Positions 50,151-61,749 of a DNA stretch of 64,000 nt are shown one piece after another. Each line of letters starts with the position of its first letter. Within the stretch, counting starts at the first letter, position 1. The position numbers and the translations under genes were made by a program. The notes under the pieces were generated by a model. The model had not been told where the DNA came from, searched no databases, and saw nothing but the letters and a program-made list of their open reading frames with translations. Origin of the DNA: Vicugna vicugna (Eukaryota); contig MU058289.1 in assembly GCA_013265495.1 (NCBI GenBank), positions 930,001 through 994,000 on the forward strand. Reading direction: 5' to 3'.

Positions 50151-51945
50151 CTTCTAAAAAACTTTTTTAAAAGAAGTTTTAAAGATATACTTGCCAGTAC
50201 TGCAGGGAAGAAGGACATTGGACTAAAGATTGTCCAACATTAAAGAAAAAAAAAGCCAATAATTGCAGGAGTCCCAGTGCCTCTCCTCCGAGGAATATTT
50301 TCCTGTCTTCCCCAAGCCACTCTTGAATGCTGGGTGAAGTGATAATCTCAATCTATGAGCACCCATCATCTTTCTGGTAGACCCTGGAGCCGCCTCCTCC
50401 ACCCTCAACACCTCACAATTCCCCACCAAAATTCCTCAGAAGACACAAATCTCCTCCATAGTGGGGTTATTTACCACATGGCCTGTCCCTTTTAAAACCC
50501 CTTTCTGAGAGTTAATTTTTAAAATAAATAAATAAATAAAATAAAAATAAAAAATAAAACCCCTCTCTGTATCTCTTGGACCCCACGATGCTTAACATAG
50601 CTTTTTGTTAAGTTCCACAACTCCTTTTACTATATCGGGCAGAGATTTCATTTCTTTCTTTCTTTTTTTAAATTGAAGTAGTCAGTTACAGTGTGTCAAT
50701 TTCTGGTGTACAGCACAATGTCCCAGTCATGCATATCCGTACATATGTTCTAATTTCTATTTGTAGTGTTACTGTTTCATGTTCATTCAACTTTGCAGAC
50801 TCCTCCCTCTCTCCCTCCCTCACTTGGTGCTTGGACAGCTCTGATGGGTGACCTGCGTTTCCTTGACCCCTCGCAGCATCCCAACCCTGGCTAATCCCCA
50901 CATTCAGAACATGCTCACTCACAGTCCCAACTCACTTTGGGCTAAAGGAATGACAGATGTAGGACAAAAGCAGAGTCTTTATGGGCGCGGGGGCGGGGGC
51001 AGATATAGACCTCACTATGCATCTCCCGAAACTAACCCAATACTCTACAACCGGAGGTCATTTATGGTCTCAGATCTATTACTCACGGATTCCTTGACAA
51101 GGGGCTTCTCATCTCCGCATCTGGCCCCTGCGACACACCTGTTCTACCTGTAAAGAACCCAATTAGGTACAAGAATTATGAGCCATAAAAAAAATTGTAA
51201 AACCTACGATTGTTTTTGTTCCCAAACCCCAATGCTTGCTTCTATACCCTCCGATACTACTGTTTTCATCACTGTTGACTTAGGCTCTGCTTTCTTTGTA
51301 ATTTCATCGCAACTCCCAATACCTGTTTGCCTTTCCGTGGGAAAAACAACAGTCTACTTGGACGGTCACTCTCCAGGGATTTTCAGAAGCCCTCACTTCT
51401 TTTGCCAGGACGTAAAGTGTAAAACTAAAGAATTGGGTCTTGTAATTCAACCCTCATTCAATATGTAGAAGACCTTCTTTGTTCTACTAGGTTCAGTAAC
51501 TCATAGTCACACCCAATACTTATTAGAGACTCTGGCTTGCAAGGAACATAAGGTTTCAAGGGACAAAAATGCAACTTTGTTGTCTTCCGGTGCATTATCT
51601 GGGACACTATATCTCCCGAAGGGAAAAATTTTGTCCTCAGAACTATCAAGACCATTCTTAACTACACTCTGCCTGGAACAAAAAGACAACACTGAGGCTT
51701 TCTAGGATTAACTGGATACTGTAGGACGTAGATTCCGACTTTTTCTGCTGTAGCATCCCCTGTATTTATGGTGTAATTTAGGAAACTATGCTTGAACTTC
51801 TACAACGGGACTCATTTTCCGTGAAGGCATTTGAATCCTTAAAAACTTCCCATTTCTCTGCCTCCAACTTGGGGCTCCCAAACCACCCTTGTCTTTTCCC
51901 TATTCATTCATGAGCGAGGAGGGCTTGGTTCAGGTGCCCTATTTC

Positions 51946-52101
51946 TTTCTTTCTTTTCTTTCGGTGGTGGGGGGAGGTAATTAGGTTTTTGAAACATTAA
52001 TTATTACTTTTTTTTTTCCTAAATGGAGGGACTGGGGATTGAACCCAGGACCTTGTGCATGCTGGGCACACACTTTACCTCTGAGCTATACCCTCCCCAC
52101 T
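51946..52101 (-). mobile_element. tRNA-derived SINE, Vic-1 type, inserted in ERV pol
   Basis: 14-bp TSD aggtgccctatttc (51932-51945) / aggtgccctgtttc (52102-52115). Confidence 0.9.
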
Positions 52102-53659
52102 AGGTGCCCTGTTTCAGAGCCATAATGGAAACCAAAGGCCCCTTGGGTATTTTAGCCTCACTTTAGACCCTGTTAGTAAAGCATTCTCTTCCTGTTTTCA
52201 AGCAGGTTGTGGCAAAATTGGTCCAAGATACAGCTGATCTTCTGCTCGGTCACATCCTGAAATTTATGTACCCTAGGCTGCCCAAATCCTTCTCCTAACT
52301 GAAACACTCCATACTTTTCCTTGACCGCCACCCTTCTGGTTTCCCCTTCTCACATCACTGTTCCCTGCTCAAAATCTTAACCCTGACGCTCTCCTTCCTG
52401 TCCCAACTGAAGGATAACCACAGACTGCACAGCAGCCACCTGCACGCTAACCCTTCCTCATCCTGACCTCTAGAGGTTACCCTTGCAGAACCGGAGCTCA
52501 CCCTCTTTGTGGATAGAGCTTATCTCTGCATCTCAGAAGGAACATTCCAGACAGGATCTGCTATTACAGATTTCCAAAGCCCTGTGGAGTAGGAGTCACT
52601 GCCTGACACCAGATCATTGCAGAGAGCAGAACGTGTATTATCCCAGGCCCTGCACTGTAGTTAAGAACAAGAGAATTAACATCTATGGAGACAGCACATA
52701 CGCATTTGAGTTAGTGCCTGACTAGTATGTCAAAGAAAGCCAGGGGATTTATGACTACAACTGGAACACCAACTAAAAATGGGAAATGGATGGCTGATCA
52801 ATTAGAGGATTTATTACTGAAAGAAGTGGATGGATTTAAAATAGAAGCTCATATGGGCAGTAAGATCCCAAAGCAAAGAGGGAACTTGTTCACTGATAAA
52901 CATGCTAGCAGCTCCTCAGTCTGCCCCAATCCCGCTACAACCAGAGAGAATATTAAACCTACTCTGCCTATCACCTGACCCTCGAAGAAAGGAAATGAAA
53001 GTCTCTCCATGCAAAGCCCCTGAGATTAAAAGGCTAACTGGAAACAGCTGGCTGTCTTATTCACCCAGATAAACTTTGGAGACACCCAGATGGTCATTTA
53101 GTCTCTCCTCAATCCCTTGCCTGAAATTTCATCTTTGGCATTCACAAAACAAGAAAGAAAAAATAGATCAGCTCCCCAACTGATGACAGTGGGAGAATTG
53201 TACTCCCTCCCTGGAACAAATGGTTTCCTTTTGCCTCATCTGCCAAAAATAGATGGCACAGGAAGACAGCCTCCTCCAGCGGGACTCTTTCTCCACTGGA
53301 AATTAGATTTTATTCAGCTCCCGGTATTTTATGGTTGTGAATATGTCCTTGTCATTATTCACGTGTTCTCTCATTAGGTCAAAACTGTCAAAGTGACAGT
53401 TTCTCACTTTCCTTGTTTTTTAAGTGACCTTGACAGTTTTGAGTAGTACTGGTCAGCTCTATTGTCATACAGATGTCTCTATGGGAATTTATCTGATGAT
53501 TTTTTTTCATGAATAGGCTGGGTTGATGAGATTTGGGGAAGAAGAGCATAGAGGTAAAGTGTTATTTTCCTCACATCGTATCAAAGGCACTGTGGTATAA
53601 TAAATAAATTTGGTCTTTGTCCCTGGTTCCTGAAAAAAGGCTCCTAAAGCTCTTGGAAT

Positions 53660-56400
53660 TAATCAACAGATGCATAAACAAATGCATTTGATAAAAATCC
53701 AATATCCATTCATGTTAAAAAAAATAAATCTTGGCAATCCAGGAATAAAGGGGAACTTCCTCAACTTGATAAATAACATCTTAAAAACCTATATCATACT
53801 TAATGGTGAGAAACTAGATTCTTTCCCACTAAGACAGGAACAAGGCAAGGATGTCCACCTCACATCACTCCTATTTAACATCACACTGCATTTCCTAGAT
53901 AATGTAGTAAGACATGAAAAAGAAATAAAAGGTATATGGATTAAAAAGAAATAAAACTGTTTTTGTTCACAGATTACATGACTGTCCATGTAGAAATTCT
54001 AAAGAATTGACCCCAAAGCCCCCTCAAAACAAATAAACAAAAAAAAAATCCTCTTGGAACTAATAAGCAATTATAGCAAAGTTGCAGGGTACAAGGTTAA
54101 TGCACAGAAATCAATTGCTTTCCTATATACTAAAATGAACAACTGGAATTTGAAATTAAAATATAGTATCATTTACATTAGCATGAAAAATATGAAATAC
54201 TTAGGTGTAAACCTAACATAATATATACAAGATCTACATGAGGAAAACTATGAAATTCTGTTGAAAGAAATCAAAGAAGAACTAAATGCAGAGATATTCC
54301 ATGTTCATGGATAGGAAGACTCAATTCTGTTGTGATGTCGGTTCTTCCCAACTTGATATATAGATTCAATGCAATTCCAATCAAAAAAAATCCCAGGAAG
54401 TTATTTTGTAGATATCAATAAACCTACACTAAGTTTACACAGAGAGGCAAAAGACCCAGAATAGCCAACCCAAAATCAAAGGAGAAGAATCAATTGGAAA
54501 ACAAACACTACCTGATTTCAAGACTTACTATAAAGCTACAGTAATCAAGACAGTGTGGCAAAGAAATAGACAAATAGATCAATGGAACAGAATAGAGAGC
54601 TCAGAAATAGACCCGAACAAATTTAGTCAACTTTTGTTTGACAAAATAGCAAAGACAATTCACTGGAGTGAGGATAATCTTTTCAGCAAATGATGCTGGA
54701 ACAACTGGACAGTCACATGCAAAATGGATCATGGTCTAAATTTAAAATGCAAAACTAAAAATCTCCTGGCAGATAGCACAGAAAATTTAAATGACCTTTT
54801 ATTTGGCTATAACTTTTTATATACAATACCAAAGGCACAGTCAGTGAAAGAAAAAAATGATACGCTGAACTTCATTAAAATTTAAAACTTCTGCTCTGGG
54901 AAAGACACTGTCAATGGAATAAGGAGACAAGCCTCAAACTGGGAGAAAATTTTTTCAAAAGAAATATCTTGTAATGGACTGTGATCTAAAACATGCAAAG
55001 GACTCAACTCAAAAGAAAGAAAATAAACAACCCAATTAAAAAATGGGCAAACAATTGAATATATGCCTCGTCATCAAGATGGAAAATATGCATATGAAAA
55101 GAAGCTCAGCACCAGACATTATTAGGAAAATACAAATTAACACAACCACAAGATACCACTACACACCTATCAGAATTGCTAAAATCTAAAACACTGACAA
55201 CACCAAATGTTGGTGGTGAGGAGCAACAAGAACTCTCACTCATTGCTAATGGAAATGCAAAATGGTACAATTTGGCAGTTTCTTACAAAACTAAGCATAT
55301 TTCTACCATACAATCCAACAGTTGCACGCCTTGGTATTTACCCAAAAGAGTTGGAAACTTATGTCAAAAAAAAAAACTTGCATATGGATGTTTACAGCAG
55401 CTTTATTCATAATTGCCTCAAATTGCAAAAGTAACCAAAATGTCCTTCAGTATGTGAACGGATAAAGTGTGGTACATCTAGATGGTGGAATATTGTGTAG
55501 CACTGAAAAATGAGCTATCAAGCCACGAAAAGATATGAAGAAAATTTAAATGTATATAACTAAGTGAAAGAAGCCAATCTGAAAATGCTACATATTGTAG
55601 GATTCCAACTTTATGACATTCTGGTTAAGGCAAAACTATGGAGACAGTAAAAAGTTCAGTGGTTGCCAGGGGTTAGGGGGCAGGGAGGGATGAGTAGGGG
55701 GAACATGGGATTTTTAAGGCAGTGAAATTATTTTGTATAAAACTATAATGATGGGTACATGACATTATACATTTGCCAAAACTCACAGAAAGTGCAACTC
55801 ATACAGTAAATGCTAATGTGAACTATGGTCTTTGTTTAATAATGATTTGTCAGTTGATGAAATGAAATTCATATTTTATGGCAAGACAAGAAAAATTTAA
55901 ACATAAAAAATTTCTTTGCCTATTTGGACCTCCTTCCTCCCCTTCAGTGTGTATTGTGCATCTGCATCAACCTCCTTAGGAGATATTTCTTCTTAATCTT
56001 GGAAGGGGCCACAATGACCTGCTACTCACTTTGTACATGCAGATCTGGATTGTATAACGTGCCAGTATGTCATTAAAGTATAACCCTTTGTCTCAAAAAT
56101 GTAGATAACTGTGCTTTAGCCTCTAACGGGCAGAACAGCCCTCAGAGCTCTCTGAAAGACTGTCCCCTGGGTCATAATCCTTAGGCTGGCTCAAATAAAA
56201 TTTTCCATTTCTTTCTTAGATTGACTAGTGATTAATTTTTCTTCAACACAGTGCTAGTTCATGGACTGGAGCAAATGCACCACATGGATGCAGATGTTGA
56301 ATGAGGGAGGGCCTGAGTCATGTGTTGGGGAGAGAACCTGGGAACAGTATACTTCCTGCTCATTTATGAAATTAAAATTGCTCTGAAAAATAGTACCTAT
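53660..56400 (+). mobile_element. L1M (L1MC-like) ORF2 3' half and 3' UTR, disrupted
   Basis: IILNGEKLDSFPLR...LLFNI, then cctgatttcaagacttactataaagctacagtaatcaagacagtgtgg and other L1 ORF2 hallmarks. Confidence 0.9.
55855..56248 (+). mobile_element. ERV1-type solo LTR inserted in L1
   Basis: Termini TGATGAA...TTCAACA; perfect 4-bp TSD CAGT (55851-55854 and 56249-56252); internal AATAAA. Confidence 0.88.
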
Positions 56401-56419
56401 TGATTTTTAAATTTAATCT

Positions 56420-57780
56420 CTCCTGAAGGGCATTTTGAGCCATTAAAATTGCCTGACATCTCATATACAAGGCAACCCCCATCAGGCTATCAACTGATTT
56501 TTTTGCAGAAACTTTGCAGGTCAGAAGGCAGTGGCATGATATATTCAAAGCTCTGAAAGGGAAAACCTGCAGCCTAGGATACTCTACCCAGCAAGATTAT
56601 TATTTAGAATAGGAGAGAGAAAGAACTTCTCAGACAAGTGAAAACCAACAGAGTTCATCAATGCTAAACCTACCCTAAAAGAAATATTAAAGGGTGTTCT
56701 CTAAGTGGAAAAGAAAAGGCTCTAACAAGAAGTATCTATAGGAAAGGAAAAATCCTACTAGTAAGGCACCTATATAGTAAAGGTTGAGGGTCAATCACTT
56801 AAATGAACTAGTGCAAAGATTAAAAGACAAAAAAATTGCAAAATCAAGTGTAACCGCAATAATCAGTAAAGGGATAAATATGAAGATGTAAAACATGACA
56901 TAAAAAACACAAAGTGTGGAGGAAGGGAATAGAAAAAGTAGATTTTTTAGAATGCATTTGAACTTAAAGGACTACCTGTTTAAAACAAATTTTTTAAAAA
57001 AGAAGACAAACGAACTTAAATATAAAACAGAAACAGACTCACAGACATAGAATACAAACATGGTTGCCAGGGGGGAGGCGGGTGGGAAGGGACAGACTGG
57101 GAGTTTGAGATTGGTGGATACTAACAGGTATGTATAGAATAGATAAACAAGTTTATACTGTATAGCACAGGGAAATATATCCAAGATCTTGTGGTAGCTC
57201 ACGGGGAAAAAGAATATGAAATTGAATATATGACTGAAAAATCATGCTGTACACCAGAAATTGACACAGCATGGTAAACTGACTATAACTCAATATAAAA
57301 AAACAAAAAAAGCAAATAGATACAGTTATAGGTCAACATATATGAACGCTGTGGTAACCACAAATCAAAAACCTACAATAGATACACAAAAACAAGAGAG
57401 AAAGCAACACAAAGATACCGCTTAAAGAAAATCATCAGACTACAAGGAAAGAAACTAAAAGGAGAAGATAAGAACAAGGAAGAACTACACAAACAGCCAA
57501 GAAACAAGTAATAAAATGGCAGTAAGTACATACCTCTTAATAATTACTTTAAATGTCAAAGGACTAAATCCACCAATCAAAAGACATAGGGTAGCTGACT
57601 GGATGAAAAAACAAGACCCATCGATATGCTGCTTACAAGAGACTCACTTCAAAACTAAAGGCACACACTGAAAATGAGGGGATGGAAAAAGATATTTCAT
57701 AAAAAAAAAAAGAAAGTCTGCCATTTGCAACAATGCTTAGTGAGACGAGTCAGCAGGGAAAGACAAACACTATGTTATTG
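56420..57780 (+). mobile_element. L1 ORF1 end / ORF2 start fragment, interrupted by a younger L1 3' end (about 56995-57310)
   Basis: Endonuclease N-terminus MAVSTYLLIITLNVKGLNPPIKRHRVADWM near 57516; the inserted piece ends aactgactataactcaatataaaaaa. Confidence 0.8.
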
Positions 57781-57781
57781 C

Positions 57782-58755
57782 TGTGGACAAAAAATACTGC
57801 CTGACATTCCGGAGTCAACTGAAAAAAATGCACAACCTAAAAGTTGAGAGTTATATTTTATTTGGCAGATGGAGAAGTTCAAGCCGGGATGACAGCCTTT
57901 TAGATCGCTCTGAGGAACTGCTCCCAAGGGGTAAGGGAGGAGCCATGGTATATATGGGTTTTTGCAACAAAGACCAGGTAGTTGGAATATCAAAAGATTA
58001 TTGTTAATTAAAGAAAACCAGACTTTAGTTACTAAATTTAGCACTTTTCTATTTATGGGAAGATGCAAGAGTCTGGGCTCATTGAAATCATTCCTTTGAT
58101 ATGCACCTAGCTATCCAGGGCCAGTGTCCAGTTCTTTCCCGTGCTGAGTCCCCTCTGGGTGCACCACTGAGGGTGGCTGCAGAGGCTGAGGGCTTGGCAA
58201 CGGGCAGCCTGCTTGTATCCATCCTGGGTTCCCTCCCGCTCACCGTCTGGGGTAACTGTAGTGGCTTGATGGCTGCAACATCTTTTGTTTACTGATATGG
58301 CAGGCAACATGTTCCATTCACACCAGTAAACAGCAAATGTTGTTCCCCATCAAGGCATCAGCCACTGCAGCTGCCCCTCCTCCCCATTCCCACGGTGCGC
58401 CCCGGGGAATTTAGGATGAAGAAAACTGTTAGTTAAGATGCATATCAAAGGAGTCATTTCAGTGAGCTCAGACTCTTGCATCTTCCCATACGTAGAAAAG
58501 CACTAAAATCATTAACTTGAGACGTCTGTTTTTTGTGATTAGCAGTAATCTTTTGACATTCAACTAAATGATTTTTGTGGTCTCCTCCCCCCACCCCCGT
58601 AAAACTCTTACTTATCCTGGCTCCTTCTTTACCTCTTCTGACCAGTTCCTCAGAGTTATCTGAGCGGCTGCCTTCCTGGGCTATAGCCCTCACTAATGCT
58701 GCAAATAAAACATAATTCGTAACTTTAAGGTGGTGCATTTTTCCCCCAGTCAACA
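57782..58755 (+). mobile_element. ERV LTR (outer), split by a related antisense LTR
   Basis: Starts TGTGGAC, resumes after 58322, ends AGTCAACA; AATAAA near 58704. Confidence 0.75.
57813..58322 (-). mobile_element. ERV LTR (inner), antisense nested copy
   Basis: Minus-strand start TGTGAATGG aligns to the outer LTR start; TSD-like ccgg / ccag. Confidence 0.78.
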
Positions 58756-59149
58756 CCCCAAGCATATAACCAGTTTCAAGAACAATTTGTTAAACAAATA
58801 CCCATTTATTCCTCCTACCTATTCAACACGCTCAGGCTCTCCTTCTCAACCCCTGGAAGGTTTGTTGACACACGGCAGGCTGGGCCCCCTGGCCCAGGAT
58901 TTCTGAGTCCCTAGGTCTGGGTTATTGCCCAAGAACTTGCGTCTTTTTAACCAAATTCCCACGTGGTGCTGATGTTACCGCTTTGAGAAGCACTGAACTA
59001 TAGCAACATTTAACATTAGCACACGAAGAACCAGTAAATTAGATACCATCTTCGTTTTTCAATGTGAATCTAGGTCCCAGAGAATCTGAGAGGTAAAGGG
59101 GCTTGCCTACGTCCACACAGGCACGTGTGAGTCTCGTAATACGGACCTC

Positions 59150-59890
59150 TGCCGGGCGGGACTTGGCCCCAGGCAGTCCCAGAAGTCTGGGGACAGCCCC
59201 TTAAAGAGGAAAAGCTCCGCCAAAGTCACCGACAACCTGCGAGGTCCGCCCGCCTCCTCCCCGCCGCCCCGGACCTGCCTGGCCGGATGCAGGACAGAAA
59301 ACGCGATCCAGGAGGCTGTGCCGGTGCGTCACCGGCTGGCGCTGGGCCAATGACAGCCCCGGAGGGTGTCGTTTCTTAGAGCCGGGGAGGTGGGGGCCGG
59401 AACTTCCTGCGTTTCAGTCCAGCAAGTCATTTCCCCGGGCCGGGTCTGTGCGCTCCGAAGCGCGGGCCGGGGCTGGGCCGGTACCGCTTTCCAGGCCGTT
59501 TTCGGGACCGGGTGGGGAAAGGCAGGGAGGCCAGGATCCTCCTCCGCGCCTTTGAACTAGTGACCGCCGGGGTCCCGCCGGGCCGCGCGCTCTCCGCGGC
59601 CCCACAGGCGGCCCCCGAGCCCGTGGCGCGCTTGACCCCGGGGACACTGAAGTCCCACCGCGCCTGGGGCCGGGCCAGGTGGTCGGTGGCGGGCTGCGCC
59701 TGCGACACCCGTCTCGATCACCCGTCTCTTGGGGCCCCGCTGCGTCCATCCACAGGCTGCGATGGCGGCGGCGGCGGCGCTGCTGGACCCGGCGCAGGTG
59801 AGTGGGTGCGCTCCCGGCCCTCGGCCGCTCAGACCCCCACCCTCACGTGCCCCGGGCCGGGATGTCAGAGATGCGCGTAATTCCACGACT
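59150..59890. promoter_or_regulatory. CpG island / promoter of the KRAB-ZNF gene
   Basis: CpG-rich; CCAAT near 59347; ETS-like CCGGAACTTCC near 59397; YY1-like GATGGCGGC overlapping the ATG. Confidence 0.85.
59762..59797 (+). CDS. ZNF792: First coding exon of a KRAB zinc-finger gene (MAAAAALLDPAQ), ZNF792-like by synteny
   Basis: ATG(GCG)5 CTG CTG GAC CCG GCG CAG|gtgagt, a typical pre-KRAB exon. It is divergent from GRAMD1A, as human ZNF792 is. The KRAB exon was not found inside the window. Confidence 0.7.
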
Positions 59891-60661
59891 TCAAGCCTTT
59901 CTCAATTCTGCTTTCGAGTCTGGGGACCCTGGGGGTGTGGTGGGGTTGGGTGAGGAGCCACTCCCAGCCTAGGGTCCTAAATCCAGGCCAGGGATCATAC
60001 AGCGCGGTTCCCATTTCTGAAGTCTAGCGGAATGAGGCTGGCAAGGGTTTCCGAGGCACTGGAACCAGCATATGCAAATACCTGACTGTGAGATTGAGCT
60101 GGGAGTGTTCAGAGAGCAGGTGGGCTGATGTCAGCCCTGGAATGGCGGATTGAGGAGCTGGACTTCTATTCCGAGAGTGCTTGGAGCCACAGAAGGTTTA
60201 GAGCAGAGGAGGAAGACTATCTGACTCAGGTCTTAACAGGCCCCCAACGTATGCGAGTGGAACACTGAATAGGGGCTGAGGGCGAAGGCAGGGAGAACGA
60301 GGAGTAGGCTGCTGCAACATTGCCGTCCGTGTAAGTTGGGCGGGTGGCTGGAGAGGAGTGGTGACCCGAGGTAGAAGTGATTGGATTCTAGATGTGTCTT
60401 TCAAGTTAGGCTCACCAGATTTTCTGATGTGGAGGTTGAGAAAGAAAAAAAGGTGACTCCCTGCTTTTGGGTTTTAGCTGCTGGAAAGATGGATGAACCA
60501 TCAACTGAGAAGGGGAGATTGGTTGTAGAAGGAATTTTCACTGGAAATAGCAGAAGTTTGGTTTTGGCCATGTGGAACTCTGGTGTTCTGGAGACCCCTG
60601 GGTGGGGCTGAAGAGTGGGCAGCTGGACACAGTTACGGTGTTCTGGGGCAGCTTCGTTTAG

Positions 60662-61190
60662 GTTATGAGACACTGAATATACAACTGGCAGACCATATAA
60701 GACAGAACTCTGCCCCACAACCTGCAGCAACCTCCCGGGAAACCAACCCCCTTATCTGCAATAAACAACCCAGGAAGCCATCCTGCTGGAAGTTAGACTT
60801 GCCGGAAGCCAGATTGCTATCTCTAGTGACAATCCAGATAGTTAAACAATAACTTCTGTAACAGTTATTTCCAAATGACCAGGACTTCACAACTGACAGC
60901 TGCTTTAATTTTTGTTCCTACTTCCAGCTTAGCACCAACCAGAGAAAGCCAAATATGCACCCCAGCCAATCACACAGGATGCCTTGCTTCTAGTTAGCCT
61001 GCCTCCAGCTTCCCTATGCCAACAGGGCATCCCTGAAGCCTTCCGTTTTTTCCCTACTGCAAAGTTTGCCCATTCCTCTGCCTGCCTTAGAGTCTCTGCC
61101 AAAATGTAAGTGGCCGACTCCCTTGCTATAACAAACTCAGAATAAATAGCCTTTGCTTTTTTTATTTGGTTGGTTTTTGTTTATTTTCAC
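60662..61190 (+). mobile_element. ERV1-type solo LTR in ZNF intron 1
   Basis: About 530 bp with CCAAT (cagccaatca), AATAAA near 61141, a T-rich U5 and a CA end. Confidence 0.7.
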
Positions 61191-61204
61191 AGCTAGAAAC
61201 ATCC

Positions 61205-61468
61205 AAATGTGCATGGAAAACAAACTTATGGTTACCAGGGGGCAGAGGGGTAAAGAAGGATAAAATGGGTGTTCATATATAGCAGATACACACAACTATA
61301 TATAAAATAGATAAATAACAAGGTACTACGGTATAGCACAGGGAACTATATTTAATGGCTTGTAGTAACCTGTTATGAAAAATAATATAAATGTATATAA
61401 CTGAATCACAATGCTATATACCAGAAACTAACACATTATAAATCCACTATACTTCAATTAAAAAAACA
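61205..61468 (+). mobile_element. L1 3'-end fragment
   Basis: ttatggttaccagggg...tatagcacagggaactata...tatacttcaattaaaaaa. Confidence 0.8.
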
Positions 61469-61749
61469 GAAAGCCAAACATCCAAAATGTGGCATCTGGT
61501 GTATGGACAAGGGTGGAACTGTGTGTCTGATTTAGGATTTAGGAGGATGAAACTTCAGGTCATGGTGGCAGTGACATTAGGGGGAGGAGGGAGGTGGGGT
61601 CCACAAACTGAGAACAGAGTCTCTTGCTTGGGTACTTTGTCTGGCTTGTGTGGCATCATAAAGACAGACAAAGGAGAGTTAGTGTTCATGGTGGTGGTTG
61701 GGACGGGGGCTGTGTGGAGGGAAAAGTGGATCTGAGGATTGTTTAATAT

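Larger units (their letters stand above)
49590..53385 (+). mobile_element. Class I (gammaretrovirus-like) ERV internal relic, gag-pro-pol, heavily frameshifted
   Basis: Zinc knuckle CQYCREEGHWTKDC (50192-50233); protease FLVDPGA (50371-50391); RT TVDLGSAFF and QYVEDLL (YVED 51462-51473); GFLGLTGYCR; RNase H NIYGDSTYAF; integrase HWKLDFIQLP...YVLVII. Confidence 0.92.
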
